Source of the DNA: an uncultured Eubacteriales bacterium
GTDB lineage: Bacteria > Bacillota > Clostridia > Peptostreptococcales > Anaerovoracaceae
DNA length: 64,000 nucleotides
Reading direction: 5' to 3'
Assembly: GCA_902778565.1 (NCBI GenBank)
Contig: CACYYH010000002.1
Span: 5,659-69,658 of the forward strand
The translations under genes and the position numbers were made by a program. Shown one piece after another: positions 55,991 to 64,000 of the stretch (positions within the stretch are counted from its first letter, which is position 1; every line of letters begins with the position of its first letter). The notes under the pieces are model-generated. The model saw only the letters and a list, made by a program, of their open reading frames with translations, was not told the origin of the DNA and did no database searches.

Positions 55991-56884
55991 TTACTTTCCT
56001 CTGTTTCTTCTCATATTGCCGGCGTAAAAACTCTCATATCCAAGTTCTCTGAACTCAGCCGCCGCCTTTTTCGCATCCCCTAAGTCATCATAGAAGCCAA
56101 TGACGGTCGGTCCGCTGCCGCTCATCATGGTGAATCTGACTCCCTCTGTCTCTGCGATCATTTGCTTTAGTTTGTTAACTTCCGGATATGCCTTCAGCGT
56201 ATAGGCTTCCAGAACGTTTCCCATATTACTCAGGGCTTCTTCAGTGTCTCCGCTTTCAAGAGCCCTGATGAGAGCCTCCCTGTCGGGATGGTCCAGTTCC
56301 TCAGCCTCGTCGATCCCTTTATAGACTTCCTTGGTGGATACGCCGAACTTAGGCTTGGCAAGCAAAAAACACATGTCAAGATCTTTCGGTATGGGAGTGA
56401 GGGCCTCGCCCTTTCCCGTTCCCAAAGCACAGGTATACCTGCTGTTCTGAGTGAGCACCATGAAAGGAACGTCGGAGCCGAGCTCCCCTGCCACAGCGCA
56501 GAGTTCTTTAGTATTCAGTCCCAGCTCCCACAGCCTGTTCAGTCCTATGATGACTGCAGCGCCGTTTCCGCTTCCGCCTGCCAGTCCGGCAGCTACCGGT
56601 ATCCTCTTGAAAATGTCTATCTGAAGATCACCGGACACGGGCCTTCCCATCTCCATGGCTTTCTGTTCCATGATGAGAGCAGCCTTATATGCAAGGTTGC
56701 TCCTGTCCGTGGGAAGGAATTTTTTGTTAGTGGTTATTCTGATATTCAGTTTTGATCCTTCCTGATGTCCGTTTACGTCTTCAGGGGACCTCTCCTTCCA
56801 AAGGATCTCGATATCATCATTGATGGATATCTGCTGCATAACGGTAGCTACTTCATGATAGCCGTCTTCTCTTATGCCCAGCAC
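55991..56884 (-). CDS. ispE: 4-diphosphocytidyl-2-C-methyl-D-erythritol kinase
   Basis: GHMP kinase motif PVAAGLAGGSGNGAA. Coordinates use the first canonical start (GTG 56884). Homology (..SYAKINLSLDV) continues upstream to 56926 with no ATG/GTG/TTG; see findings. Confidence 0.85.
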   Translation of the reverse strand: MLGIREDGYHEVATVMQQISINDDIEILWKERSPEDVNGHQEGSKLNIRITTNKKFLPTDRSNLAYKAALIMEQKAMEMGRPVSGDLQIDIFKRIPVAAGLAGGSGNGAAVIIGLNRLWELGLNTKELCAVAGELGSDVPFMVLTQNSRYTCALGTGKGEALTPIPKDLDMCFLLAKPKFGVSTKEVYKGIDEAEELDHPDREALIRALESGDTEEALSNMGNVLEAYTLKAYPEVNKLKQMIAETEGVRFTMMSGSGPTVIGFYDDLGDAKKAAAEFRELGYESFYAGNMRRNRGK

Positions 56885-56922
56885 GTCCAGTGAAAGATTT
56901 ATCTTAGCGTAAGATCTGAGTT

Positions 56923-57804
56923 TTATTTTTTCTTACCCTTACCCTTTACTTTTTTCTTCTGCTTTGCCTGATTTCTGGCATATCTGGCCTCTCTCTCGGC
57001 TCTTGCCTCGGCTTCGGCCTTTCTTCCTGTTATATATGAGCTGCCGCCTGAAGCTACAGTGCGCCTGGTCTTGACTCTGTAGTGACCTTCTTCGATATAG
57101 TCATCGTCATCGTCGTCATCATCGTCATCCTTTTCTTCAGCTTTTCTGGCCAGCTTTTCTTTTCTCTTCTGATCCTTTTCTACGATCTCTTCTACGGACT
57201 TGCCGGTCTTCTTAGCTTCCTTATAGGGATTGACCTTGGCTTCCTTAGCCTGCTTTTCTGCGCCCTTCTTGGCGTTTCTAAGGGAGAATCCGATGATACC
57301 TGCATAGAGAACCAGCATAAGGCCCATACTGATCATGGAGTTTCTGCTCTGGTTGATGGTGGTGAATTTGATTGTCTTATTGGCGCCAAGGGTATTGCCC
57401 AGGTCATCCTTAAGACTTCCATCTATCTTAAGAGTATATTCGGTGTTGCCTTTGATGACGATCTGCTTGCCGTTGGAATCCAGGTTCTCCTTGTTGGAGT
57501 CGAAGAGTACCATGACTACTCCGGTTTCCTTAGGTGAATAGAGCACTAAGATAGGAAGAACGTTTCCGTCCGCATCTGTCAGCTGGAAGCAGTTGTCATT
57601 TGTCTTTCCAAGTATATCCTTGGACATCTCGTTGTTGAAGTAAAGCTTGATGTCGAAGTTCTCGATAGCTGCTCCGGATGTTCCTTCCTTAGGATAAGTA
57701 TCCTCAAGAATGAGGCCTCCCTCTGTTCCGTCTGCAAAGCACAGTCCTGTTGCCATCATTACGATGATCGCTATTACAACCAGTATACGGCCAAATTTTT
57801 TCAT
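56923..57804 (-). CDS. Membrane-anchored protein: signal peptide, extracellular Ig-like domain, one TM, Lys/Glu-rich tail with a 10-Asp run
   Basis: 293 aa. MKKFGRILVVIAIIVMMATGLCFA..., TM segment MISMGLMLVLYAGIIGF, then ...EEKDDDDDDDDDDYIEE.... Confidence 0.7.
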   Translation of the reverse strand: MKKFGRILVVIAIIVMMATGLCFADGTEGGLILEDTYPKEGTSGAAIENFDIKLYFNNEMSKDILGKTNDNCFQLTDADGNVLPILVLYSPKETGVVMVLFDSNKENLDSNGKQIVIKGNTEYTLKIDGSLKDDLGNTLGANKTIKFTTINQSRNSMISMGLMLVLYAGIIGFSLRNAKKGAEKQAKEAKVNPYKEAKKTGKSVEEIVEKDQKRKEKLARKAEEKDDDDDDDDDDYIEEGHYRVKTRRTVASGGSSYITGRKAEAEARAEREARYARNQAKQKKKVKGKGKKK

Positions 57805-58319
57805 AAGTTCTTTTCCTCCGCTTTTTTAGCTTTTTGCTTGATCCTCAGATCCCTGAAAAACCCCTGTACGACTTCACGGCACTCATCTTTGATGGGCCCG
57901 TCTTCTATTTCGATTAGTTCTACCTGATGATTCAGTTTCTGTTCTCCGATAATATTAAGCACGGAACCGCAGCCTCCGGCCTTGGGATCCATAACACCCA
58001 CATAAAGATGTTCGATCCTTGCCCACACCAGGGCTCCTGCACACATGGAGCAGGGCTCCATGGTAACGTACATATCACAGCCCGTCAGCCGCCGCCAGTT
58101 CAGGGTCTCCTTAAGGAGCTTGCCTGCCTGTCTTAAGGCATTGATCTCGGCATGAGCCGTGGGATCGCCGTCAGTATCGGTGGTATTGTGTCCACGGGCA
58201 ATGATTTCTCCGTCTTTTACGATGACCGCACCTACGGGTATCTCACTCATTTCGGCAGCGATCTTCGCCTCTTTTATGGCTTCAAGCATATAATTTTCCA
58301 TACTGATTGATTTTATCAC
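57801..58319 (-). CDS. tadA: tRNA adenosine(34) deaminase
   Basis: 172 aa. HAEINAL and PCSMCAGAL zinc motifs. Confidence 0.92.
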   Translation of the reverse strand: MIKSISMENYMLEAIKEAKIAAEMSEIPVGAVIVKDGEIIARGHNTTDTDGDPTAHAEINALRQAGKLLKETLNWRRLTGCDMYVTMEPCSMCAGALVWARIEHLYVGVMDPKAGGCGSVLNIIGEQKLNHQVELIEIEDGPIKDECREVVQGFFRDLRIKQKAKKAEEKNL

Positions 58320-58428
58320 AAAACGCCCTTGTATTCAACATGATTTTTGTACACAAAGTGCAAAACACTGAAATATCCTCTTCAAAAACATTCGGTTTTA
58401 GTGTAAAATATCCTTTGAGGTAACTATC

Positions 58429-59067
58429 ATGAAAATGGACATAACAGTAATCGTAATATTTGCGCTGACTATATTCCTGACAATGAGGAAAGGCTTTATC
58501 GGTACCATCGCAGGGTTTATGAAAGGTATCCTGTCGGTGGCTGCCGCCTACTTTCTCGCCGGTCCCCTGGCAGCTCTCATCGAGGATTCCAAGATCGGGG
58601 AAGCCACGGAGTACAGGATATCCGAAGCCCTTTCAATGAAGCTTGATTCATCAGAGATATACAGCACTCTGCCCGGAATGTTCAAGGCAGGAGCTGAATC
58701 GGCAACGTCAGGTTTCATAGCAAAATCAGCCACGGAGATAAATCACGCGGCCTGGGTCGTCATGTCCTTCGTGCTGATACTCATCGTGGTGCGTATAATA
58801 CTCGGCCTTCTGGTCAGCATGGTGAAATCCTCCAGGGATAAGGAAGGTTTTACCGGGACAGTCGACTGGATCCTCGGACTTGTCATGGGCCTGATCCTCG
58901 GTCTTATCGTCGTCTTCATGTTCCTGGCTCTGCTGTTCCCTGTGGCAAGCCTTATAGTTCCCGACCGGTCACAGGATATAATGTCATGGTTCGACGGCTC
59001 ATTCTTTGCACAGGATCTCTATGACAATAACCTGCTGCTTCTGATATTCAGCACTCTGTTTAAATAA
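58429..59067 (+). CDS. cvpA: CvpA family membrane protein
   Basis: 212 aa with four hydrophobic segments and a typical CvpA-like N-terminus. Confidence 0.7.
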   Translation: MKMDITVIVIFALTIFLTMRKGFIGTIAGFMKGILSVAAAYFLAGPLAALIEDSKIGEATEYRISEALSMKLDSSEIYSTLPGMFKAGAESATSGFIAKSATEINHAAWVVMSFVLILIVVRIILGLLVSMVKSSRDKEGFTGTVDWILGLVMGLILGLIVVFMFLALLFPVASLIVPDRSQDIMSWFDGSFFAQDLYDNNLLLLIFSTLFK

Positions 59068-59076
59068 TAACTATTA

Positions 59077-59105
59077 TTGACATCTGCCTTCCGTAGATTT
59101 AAAAT
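59077..59105 (+). promoter_or_regulatory. Sigma-A promoter immediately after cvpA
   Basis: TTGACA-N17-TAAAAT. Confidence 0.6.
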
Positions 59106-59163
59106 ATTTACGTATTTTAATTTTTATACGGAAAAGGCTTAAATAACTGACCATTTTACTGGC

Positions 59164-59207
59164 GGCGAAAAGCGGATCCCGGATCCTGCTTTGAGTCGCT
59201 TTTTTTA
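59164..59207 (+). terminator. Intrinsic terminator about 55-95 nt downstream of that promoter
   Basis: GCGAAAAGCGGATCC-CG-GGATCCTGCTTTGAGTCGC imperfect long stem followed by TTTTTTTATTT. Confidence 0.75.
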
Positions 59208-59382
59208 TTTCAATATGAATCCGGGTGGACAGCGTGCATCATCTTTGCTCCGCGTGCTCTGCCGCATGCTTCCATCCGGCTCATATATTCTTTTCTCATA
59301 ATAACTATTCCATGACGCGGACATGGACGATCGCGGCAGCAATGCCGCTTTTGACTTGAACATTCATTTTAGGGAGGCAACT

Positions 59383-60660
59383 ATGTCAAATTGTGCAATC
59401 GTCGGTATCAACTGGGGTGATGAAGGAAAAGGCCGTATGGTGGATCTGCTTACTGAAGACTACGACATCGTGGTCCGTTTCCAGGGAGGCGGAAACGCAG
59501 GCCATACAGTAAAAAACGAACTCGGTAAGTTCGCCCTGCATCTCCTTCCATCCGGGATCTTCAGAAAAGGCGTGATGAACATTCTCGGAAACGGGGTGGC
59601 GCTGGACCCCGAGAACCTTCTCACAGAGATCAAAGACGTGAGGAGCAAAGGGATCTCCATAACCCCTGAGAATCTCATGATCAGCGACCGCGCATCCCTG
59701 CTCCTCCCCTGGCACAGGGATCTGGATGAGCTGGAAGAGCAAAGGCTGAAAGACAAGAAATACGGTTCTACAAAGCAGGGCATTGCCCCCTTCTATTCTG
59801 ATAAATACCAGAAAAAGACATTAATGGCCGGAGAACTCTTCTACCCTGACAAGCTTCTTTCACACCTGAAGGACATCATGGAGTGGAAAGACCTCACCCT
59901 CACCTCTGTATACGGCCACGAGCCCTATACCATGGACATGCTGGAGGACTGGCTGAGACGCTCCTGCGAAGGCATCATGCCTTTCATTAAAAACACCGGA
60001 GCTTTCCTCAAAAAAGCATCCAAAGAAGGCAAAAACATTCTTTTCGAAGCTCAGCTCGGCTCTTTAAGAGATCTGGATTACGGTATTTATCCATATACCA
60101 CGTCATCAAATACCATGGCGGCTTTTGCACCCATCGGTTCAGGACTTCCGTCAGCCAGGATCGACGATATTGTCGGAGTCGTGAAAGCCTATTCCACCTG
60201 TGTGGGAGAAGGTCCCTTTGTGTGTGAAATGTCCGGTGACGAAGCCGAAAAGCTCAGGGAGGCAGGAAATGAGTACGGTGCCAAGACCGGAAGACCCAGA
60301 CGGGTGGGCCCCATCGATATCGTAGCAACAAGGTACGGAGTAGAGGTGCAGGCAGCTACCGAAATCGCCCTCACCAAGCTGGACGTACTGAGCTACATGG
60401 AGGAGATCCCGGTGTGCGTCAGATATGAGATCGAAGGCCAGGAGACCGATGACTTCCCCTTCCCTCTGGCTCTTGAAGACGCAAAACCCGTTATAAAGTA
60501 TCTTCCGGGCTGGAAGACCGATATCTCCGGGATCAGGAGCTTCGAGGCCCTTCCCAGAGAAGCCCGCGAATACGTGAAGTTTATTGAAGAAAATATAAGC
60601 TGCCCTATCACCTACATTTCCGTAGGTCCTGAAAGGCACAGCATAATCATAAGAAAATAA
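59383..60660 (+). CDS. purA: Adenylosuccinate synthetase
   Basis: AGGGAGG lies 6 nt before ATG 59383. MSNCAIVGINWGDEGKGRMVD. Confidence 0.95.
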   Translation: MSNCAIVGINWGDEGKGRMVDLLTEDYDIVVRFQGGGNAGHTVKNELGKFALHLLPSGIFRKGVMNILGNGVALDPENLLTEIKDVRSKGISITPENLMISDRASLLLPWHRDLDELEEQRLKDKKYGSTKQGIAPFYSDKYQKKTLMAGELFYPDKLLSHLKDIMEWKDLTLTSVYGHEPYTMDMLEDWLRRSCEGIMPFIKNTGAFLKKASKEGKNILFEAQLGSLRDLDYGIYPYTTSSNTMAAFAPIGSGLPSARIDDIVGVVKAYSTCVGEGPFVCEMSGDEAEKLREAGNEYGAKTGRPRRVGPIDIVATRYGVEVQAATEIALTKLDVLSYMEEIPVCVRYEIEGQETDDFPFPLALEDAKPVIKYLPGWKTDISGIRSFEALPREAREYVKFIEENISCPITYISVGPERHSIIIRK

Positions 60661-60681
60661 TTTAAGAAAGGCCATTATCAT

Positions 60682-62094
60682 ATGGACAAATACGAATCAC
60701 CATTCTCATCAAGGTACGCTTCAGACTATATGCTGGAACTGTTTTCCGCAAACACCAGATACCGCATCTGGAGGGAACTCTGGATCTCTCTGGCGAAGGC
60801 CGAAAGCAAGCTGGGTCTTCCCATAACGGAAGAACAGATAAAAGATCTTGAGGAGCACAAGGAACCTATCGACTATGAGCTCGTTAAAGCCCGTGAAAAA
60901 GAGGTGCGTCACGACGTCATGGCTCACGTCTATGCCTACGGTAAAGCTGCGCCGTCAGCGGCGGGTATCATCCATCTCGGAGCAACCAGCTGTTACGTTA
61001 CAGATAATGCAGATCTTGTGATCTACAGAGATGCCCTTGAATACATCCGTAAAGAACTTCTTGAAGTCATCTCCAACCTGGCGGATTTTTCGCTTCAGTA
61101 TAAGGACGTTCCTACGCTGGGGTATACTCACTATCAGCCTGCTCAGCCGGTAACCGTAGGTAAGCGCGCGACCCTTTGGATCCAGGATCTGGTATCAGAC
61201 TTGGCCGAGGTTGATTTTGCGCTTTCCAACATCAGGTTTTTGGGTTCCCGCGGCACCACAGGAACAGAGGCAAGCTTTATGGATCTCTTTGAGGGCGATA
61301 CGGCTAAGATCGATGAGATGAACCGGATGATCGCCGGTGATTTCGGCTTCAAGGACATCTTCCCGGTTTCAGGTCAGACTTATCCCAGAAAGACAGACGT
61401 GAGGATCCTGAACTGCCTTTCATCCATAGCTCAGAGTCTTTACCGTATGGCAAACGACATCCGTCTCCTGGCCCATGACCGGCAGTTGGAGGAGCCATTT
61501 GAAAAGAATCAGATCGGATCCTCTGCAATGGCTTACAAGAGGAACCCCATGAGATGTGAGCGTATTTGTTCCCTTTCAAGATATCTCATGACCAACGCCA
61601 TGAACGGCGTTATGACCGCTTCGTCACAATGGCTTGAAAGGACGCTGGATGATTCTGCCAACCGCAGGATATCTCTTCCGGAAGGCTTCCTTTGCTGTGA
61701 CTCTGTTTTACGTCTCGCAAAAAATGTGACTAACGGCTTACACGTCAACGAAAAGGTCATAGCCAAGGCTCTCCGTGAGAATCTGCCATTCATCGCAACA
61801 GAAAACATCATCATGGAAGCCGTCAAACGCGGCGGTGACCGTCAGGCCGTCCACGAGATAATCAGAAGATGTTCCATGGAAGCCACCGCAAAGATGAAGG
61901 ATGGTGAAGACTGCGATCTGGTTGAAAGGCTGCTGAAAGAACCCGAACTCGGCCTTGACAGGGAAACCTTTGACGCACTGCTGGATCCTGCCCTGTATAT
62001 CGGAAGATGCCCGGAGCAGGTGGAAAAGTACGTTGAGAGCATCAGACCCTTTTTGAAAGATATTATGTCGGGATCTGAAGAGATAAATATATAA
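60682..62094 (+). CDS. purB: Adenylosuccinate lyase
   Basis: 470 aa. ...SSAMAYKRNPMRCE signature. Confidence 0.95.
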   Translation: MDKYESPFSSRYASDYMLELFSANTRYRIWRELWISLAKAESKLGLPITEEQIKDLEEHKEPIDYELVKAREKEVRHDVMAHVYAYGKAAPSAAGIIHLGATSCYVTDNADLVIYRDALEYIRKELLEVISNLADFSLQYKDVPTLGYTHYQPAQPVTVGKRATLWIQDLVSDLAEVDFALSNIRFLGSRGTTGTEASFMDLFEGDTAKIDEMNRMIAGDFGFKDIFPVSGQTYPRKTDVRILNCLSSIAQSLYRMANDIRLLAHDRQLEEPFEKNQIGSSAMAYKRNPMRCERICSLSRYLMTNAMNGVMTASSQWLERTLDDSANRRISLPEGFLCCDSVLRLAKNVTNGLHVNEKVIAKALRENLPFIATENIIMEAVKRGGDRQAVHEIIRRCSMEATAKMKDGEDCDLVERLLKEPELGLDRETFDALLDPALYIGRCPEQVEKYVESIRPFLKDIMSGSEEINI

Positions 62095-62114
62095 GGTAAA
62101 GAAAGAAGGATACT

Positions 62115-63662
62115 ATGGATAAAGTACTTGTGCTGGATTTCGGCGGACAATACGATCAGCTCATCGCAAGGCGCGTAAGGGAGCTGGGCGTATATTCCGA
62201 GATCAAAGCATACAGCAGCATAAGTCCCGAAGAGATCGCCGCCTGCGGCTACAATGCCGTGATCTTTACCGGCGGTCCCAACAGCGTTTATCTGGAGACC
62301 TCTCCGCACTACGATCCTTCCCTGCTCGGTATGGGCATACCGGTCCTGGGGATCTGCTACGGCGACCAGCTCTTATGCTGGATGGCAGGCGGCACTGTGG
62401 AAAGCGCGGGTGTGTCTTCCGAATACGGAAAGACTGAACTCGTGACCGATCATCCCGGCGGAGAAGCGGAAGCTCTTTTGGCCGGTGTCCCTGACATCAG
62501 TACAGTATGGATGAGCCACACGGATCACGTAGGCGCTCTGCCTCCGGGATTTGTAAACCTGGCTCATACTTCGAGCTGCCCCTCTGCAGCCATGGGCGAT
62601 CCCTCAAGGAAACTTTACGGAGTGCAGTTCCACCCTGAGGTCACCCATACCGAATACGGAAAAAACATTCTTTCCAACTTTCTGTTCAGGATCGCTGAAC
62701 TAAAAGCCGACTGGAGAATGGACGACTTCATAGAGAGCTCCATTGAAAAATACCGCAGAGAACTCAAGGGCAAAAAAGTCCTTCTGGCTCTTTCCGGAGG
62801 CGTTGACTCCTCTGTGTGCGCAGCGCTTTTAAGCAAAGCTATCGGAAGCGACCTGACATGCGTCTTCGTTGACCACGGTCTCCTCAGAAAAGACGAAGGC
62901 GACCTGGTGGAAGATACCTTCAAAGACCGTTTCGGTATGAACTTCATAAGGATAAACGCCGAAGATCGTTTCTTAAGCAAGCTCAAAGGCGTTACGGAAC
63001 CCGAGAAAAAGAGAAAGATCATAGGCGAAGAGTTCATCAGGACCTTTGAGGATGCGTCAGACTCCATCGGACAGGCCGAAGTCCTTGCCCAGGGAACCAT
63101 ATATCCTGACGTGATAGAAAGCGGCAAAGGTGACTCATCGGTGATCAAGAGCCATCACAACGTAGGCGGACTGCCCAGCGTCATGGCTTTCAGCGATATA
63201 GCCGAGCCTCTCAGGGATCTCTTCAAGGATGAAGTCAGGGCCGTAGGCGAAAAGCTGGGTCTCCCCAAAGAACTGGTATGGCGCCAGCCCTTCCCCGGTC
63301 CGGGTCTCGCGGTGAGGGTCATCGGAGAGATAACCAAAGAAAAACTCGATACCCTGAGAGAAGCGGATGCGATCTTCAGGGAGGAACTTGAAAAGGCAGG
63401 CCCCGAAAAGAGTCCGAGCCAGTATTTTGCAGTTCTTACCGATCTCAGATCCGTAGGGGTCAAGGGAGATGCAAGGACCTATGGCTATACCGTGGCTCTC
63501 CGGGCAGTCACCACCGACGATTTCATGACTGCAGAATGGACAAGACTGCCATATGAAGTCCTTGAAAAGGCCAGCCTTAGAATAACCAACGAAGTAAACG
63601 ACATAACCAGAGTAGTATATGACATAACATCCAAACCGCCTGCAACGGTGGAATGGGAATAG
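62115..63662 (+). CDS. guaA: GMP synthase (glutamine-hydrolysing)
   Basis: 515 aa. GATase Cys motif ICYGDQ, ATP-PPase [10 protein letters not shown], and C-terminal ...PPATVEWE. Confidence 0.97.
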   Translation: MDKVLVLDFGGQYDQLIARRVRELGVYSEIKAYSSISPEEIAACGYNAVIFTGGPNSVYLETSPHYDPSLLGMGIPVLGICYGDQLLCWMAGGTVESAGVSSEYGKTELVTDHPGGEAEALLAGVPDISTVWMSHTDHVGALPPGFVNLAHTSSCPSAAMGDPSRKLYGVQFHPEVTHTEYGKNILSNFLFRIAELKADWRMDDFIESSIEKYRRELKGKKVLLALSGGVDSSVCAALLSKAIGSDLTCVFVDHGLLRKDEGDLVEDTFKDRFGMNFIRINAEDRFLSKLKGVTEPEKKRKIIGEEFIRTFEDASDSIGQAEVLAQGTIYPDVIESGKGDSSVIKSHHNVGGLPSVMAFSDIAEPLRDLFKDEVRAVGEKLGLPKELVWRQPFPGPGLAVRVIGEITKEKLDTLREADAIFREELEKAGPEKSPSQYFAVLTDLRSVGVKGDARTYGYTVALRAVTTDDFMTAEWTRLPYEVLEKASLRITNEVNDITRVVYDITSKPPATVEWE

Positions 63663-63690
63663 GACAGCATAGGCTAAGACAGGATAGACA

Positions 63691-64000
63691 ATGAAGACTT
63701 ATACGCCGATAAAAGAGGGAAAGGTCCGCGAGGTTTATGACCTCGGGGATTGCATGATGATCGAAGCAACAGACAGAATATCGGCTTTTGACGTTATACT
63801 GGGATCTGTGATACCCGATAAGGGCAGGATCCTTACGAAAATGTCTGAATTCTGGTTCGATCTTACTAAGGACCTGGTCCCTAACCACATGATAACAACA
63901 GATAATGATGAAATGCCTGAGTTTTTCAGAGATGACTACCACAGAGGCCGGACCATGAAATGCAGGAAGCTCGATATGCTTCCCATCGAGTGCGTCGTAA
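63691..64000 (+). CDS. purC: SAICAR synthetase, 3' end outside window
   Basis: Manual translation from ATG 63691 gives MKTYTPIKEGKVREVYDLGDCMMIEATDRISAFDVILGSVIPDKGRILT.... Absent from the ORF track because there is no stop in the window. Confidence 0.9.
   Translation, partial: MKTYTPIKEGKVREVYDLGDCMMIEATDRISAFDVILGSVIPDKGRILTKMSEFWFDLTKDLVPNHMITTDNDEMPEFFRDDYHRGRTMKCRKLDMLPIECVV

Noticed and set aside
57094-57125. GAT/GAC trinucleotide run (10 consecutive Asp codons) as a phase-variation tract
   Set aside because: The repeat unit is 3 nt, so slippage would keep the frame. The mixed GAT/GAC codons reduce slippage potential. It is more likely a simple acidic linker.
59068-59382. Purine (guanine/adenine) riboswitch, ZTP (pfl) riboswitch or PurR operator upstream of purA
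   Set aside because: I could not find the purine-aptamer core (UAUA...CUACC...CCGUAAAU...GACUA) or the ZTP CCGCCUGGGC pseudoknot partner. ACTGGCGG and CCGGGTGGA are only superficial resemblances. Only one partial PurBox-like half-site is present.

Overview
This 64-kb window looks like a chromosomal segment of a Firmicute. Gene content and order resemble Clostridia or Lachnospiraceae, but the taxon is an inference. It falls into three blocks.

(1) 1-4.2 kb holds the 5' part of a secreted surface protein of at least 1249 aa (minus strand, absent from the ORF track because it has no stop in the window). A cobalamin riboswitch with tandem terminators precedes it.

(2) 4.3-31.4 kb is an accessory catabolic island:
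- a nine-gene TRAP-transporter/enzyme operon;
- a second cupin-aldolase pair;
- an AEC permease, a BKACE-family enzyme and a DUF169 gene;
- an AbfD-like/acyl-CoA dehydrogenase/EtfBA/MaoC/LplA/crotonase cluster;
- a deletion scar and a LysR regulator.

Reading the intergenic DNA on both strands gives six correctly spaced sigma-54 -24/-12 promoters (TGGCAT-N5-TTGCW) and one off-by-one candidate. They surround a single PAS-AAA+ enhancer-binding protein. This is the strongest candidate for an undescribed system.

(3) 31.5-64 kb is mostly housekeeping: M16 peptidase, rplM-rpsI, tyrS, upp, a sua5::rpiB fusion, prfA, rpmE, prmC, sfsA, rho, hbd, ddl, hslO, htrA, ispE, tadA, cvpA and purA-purB-guaA-purC. 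Small accessory insertions interrupt it:
- an XRE-controlled orf155/DUF4160/DUF2442-HTH cassette with two palindromic operators;
- a DinJ-YoeB pair overlapping prmC;
- a PD-(D/E)XK-like gene preceded by an array of five dyad/hairpin elements with 54-bp periodicity.

I recognised no rRNA, tRNA, CRISPR array, transposase or integrase. All product calls rest on motif and family recognition by eye, not on database searches.
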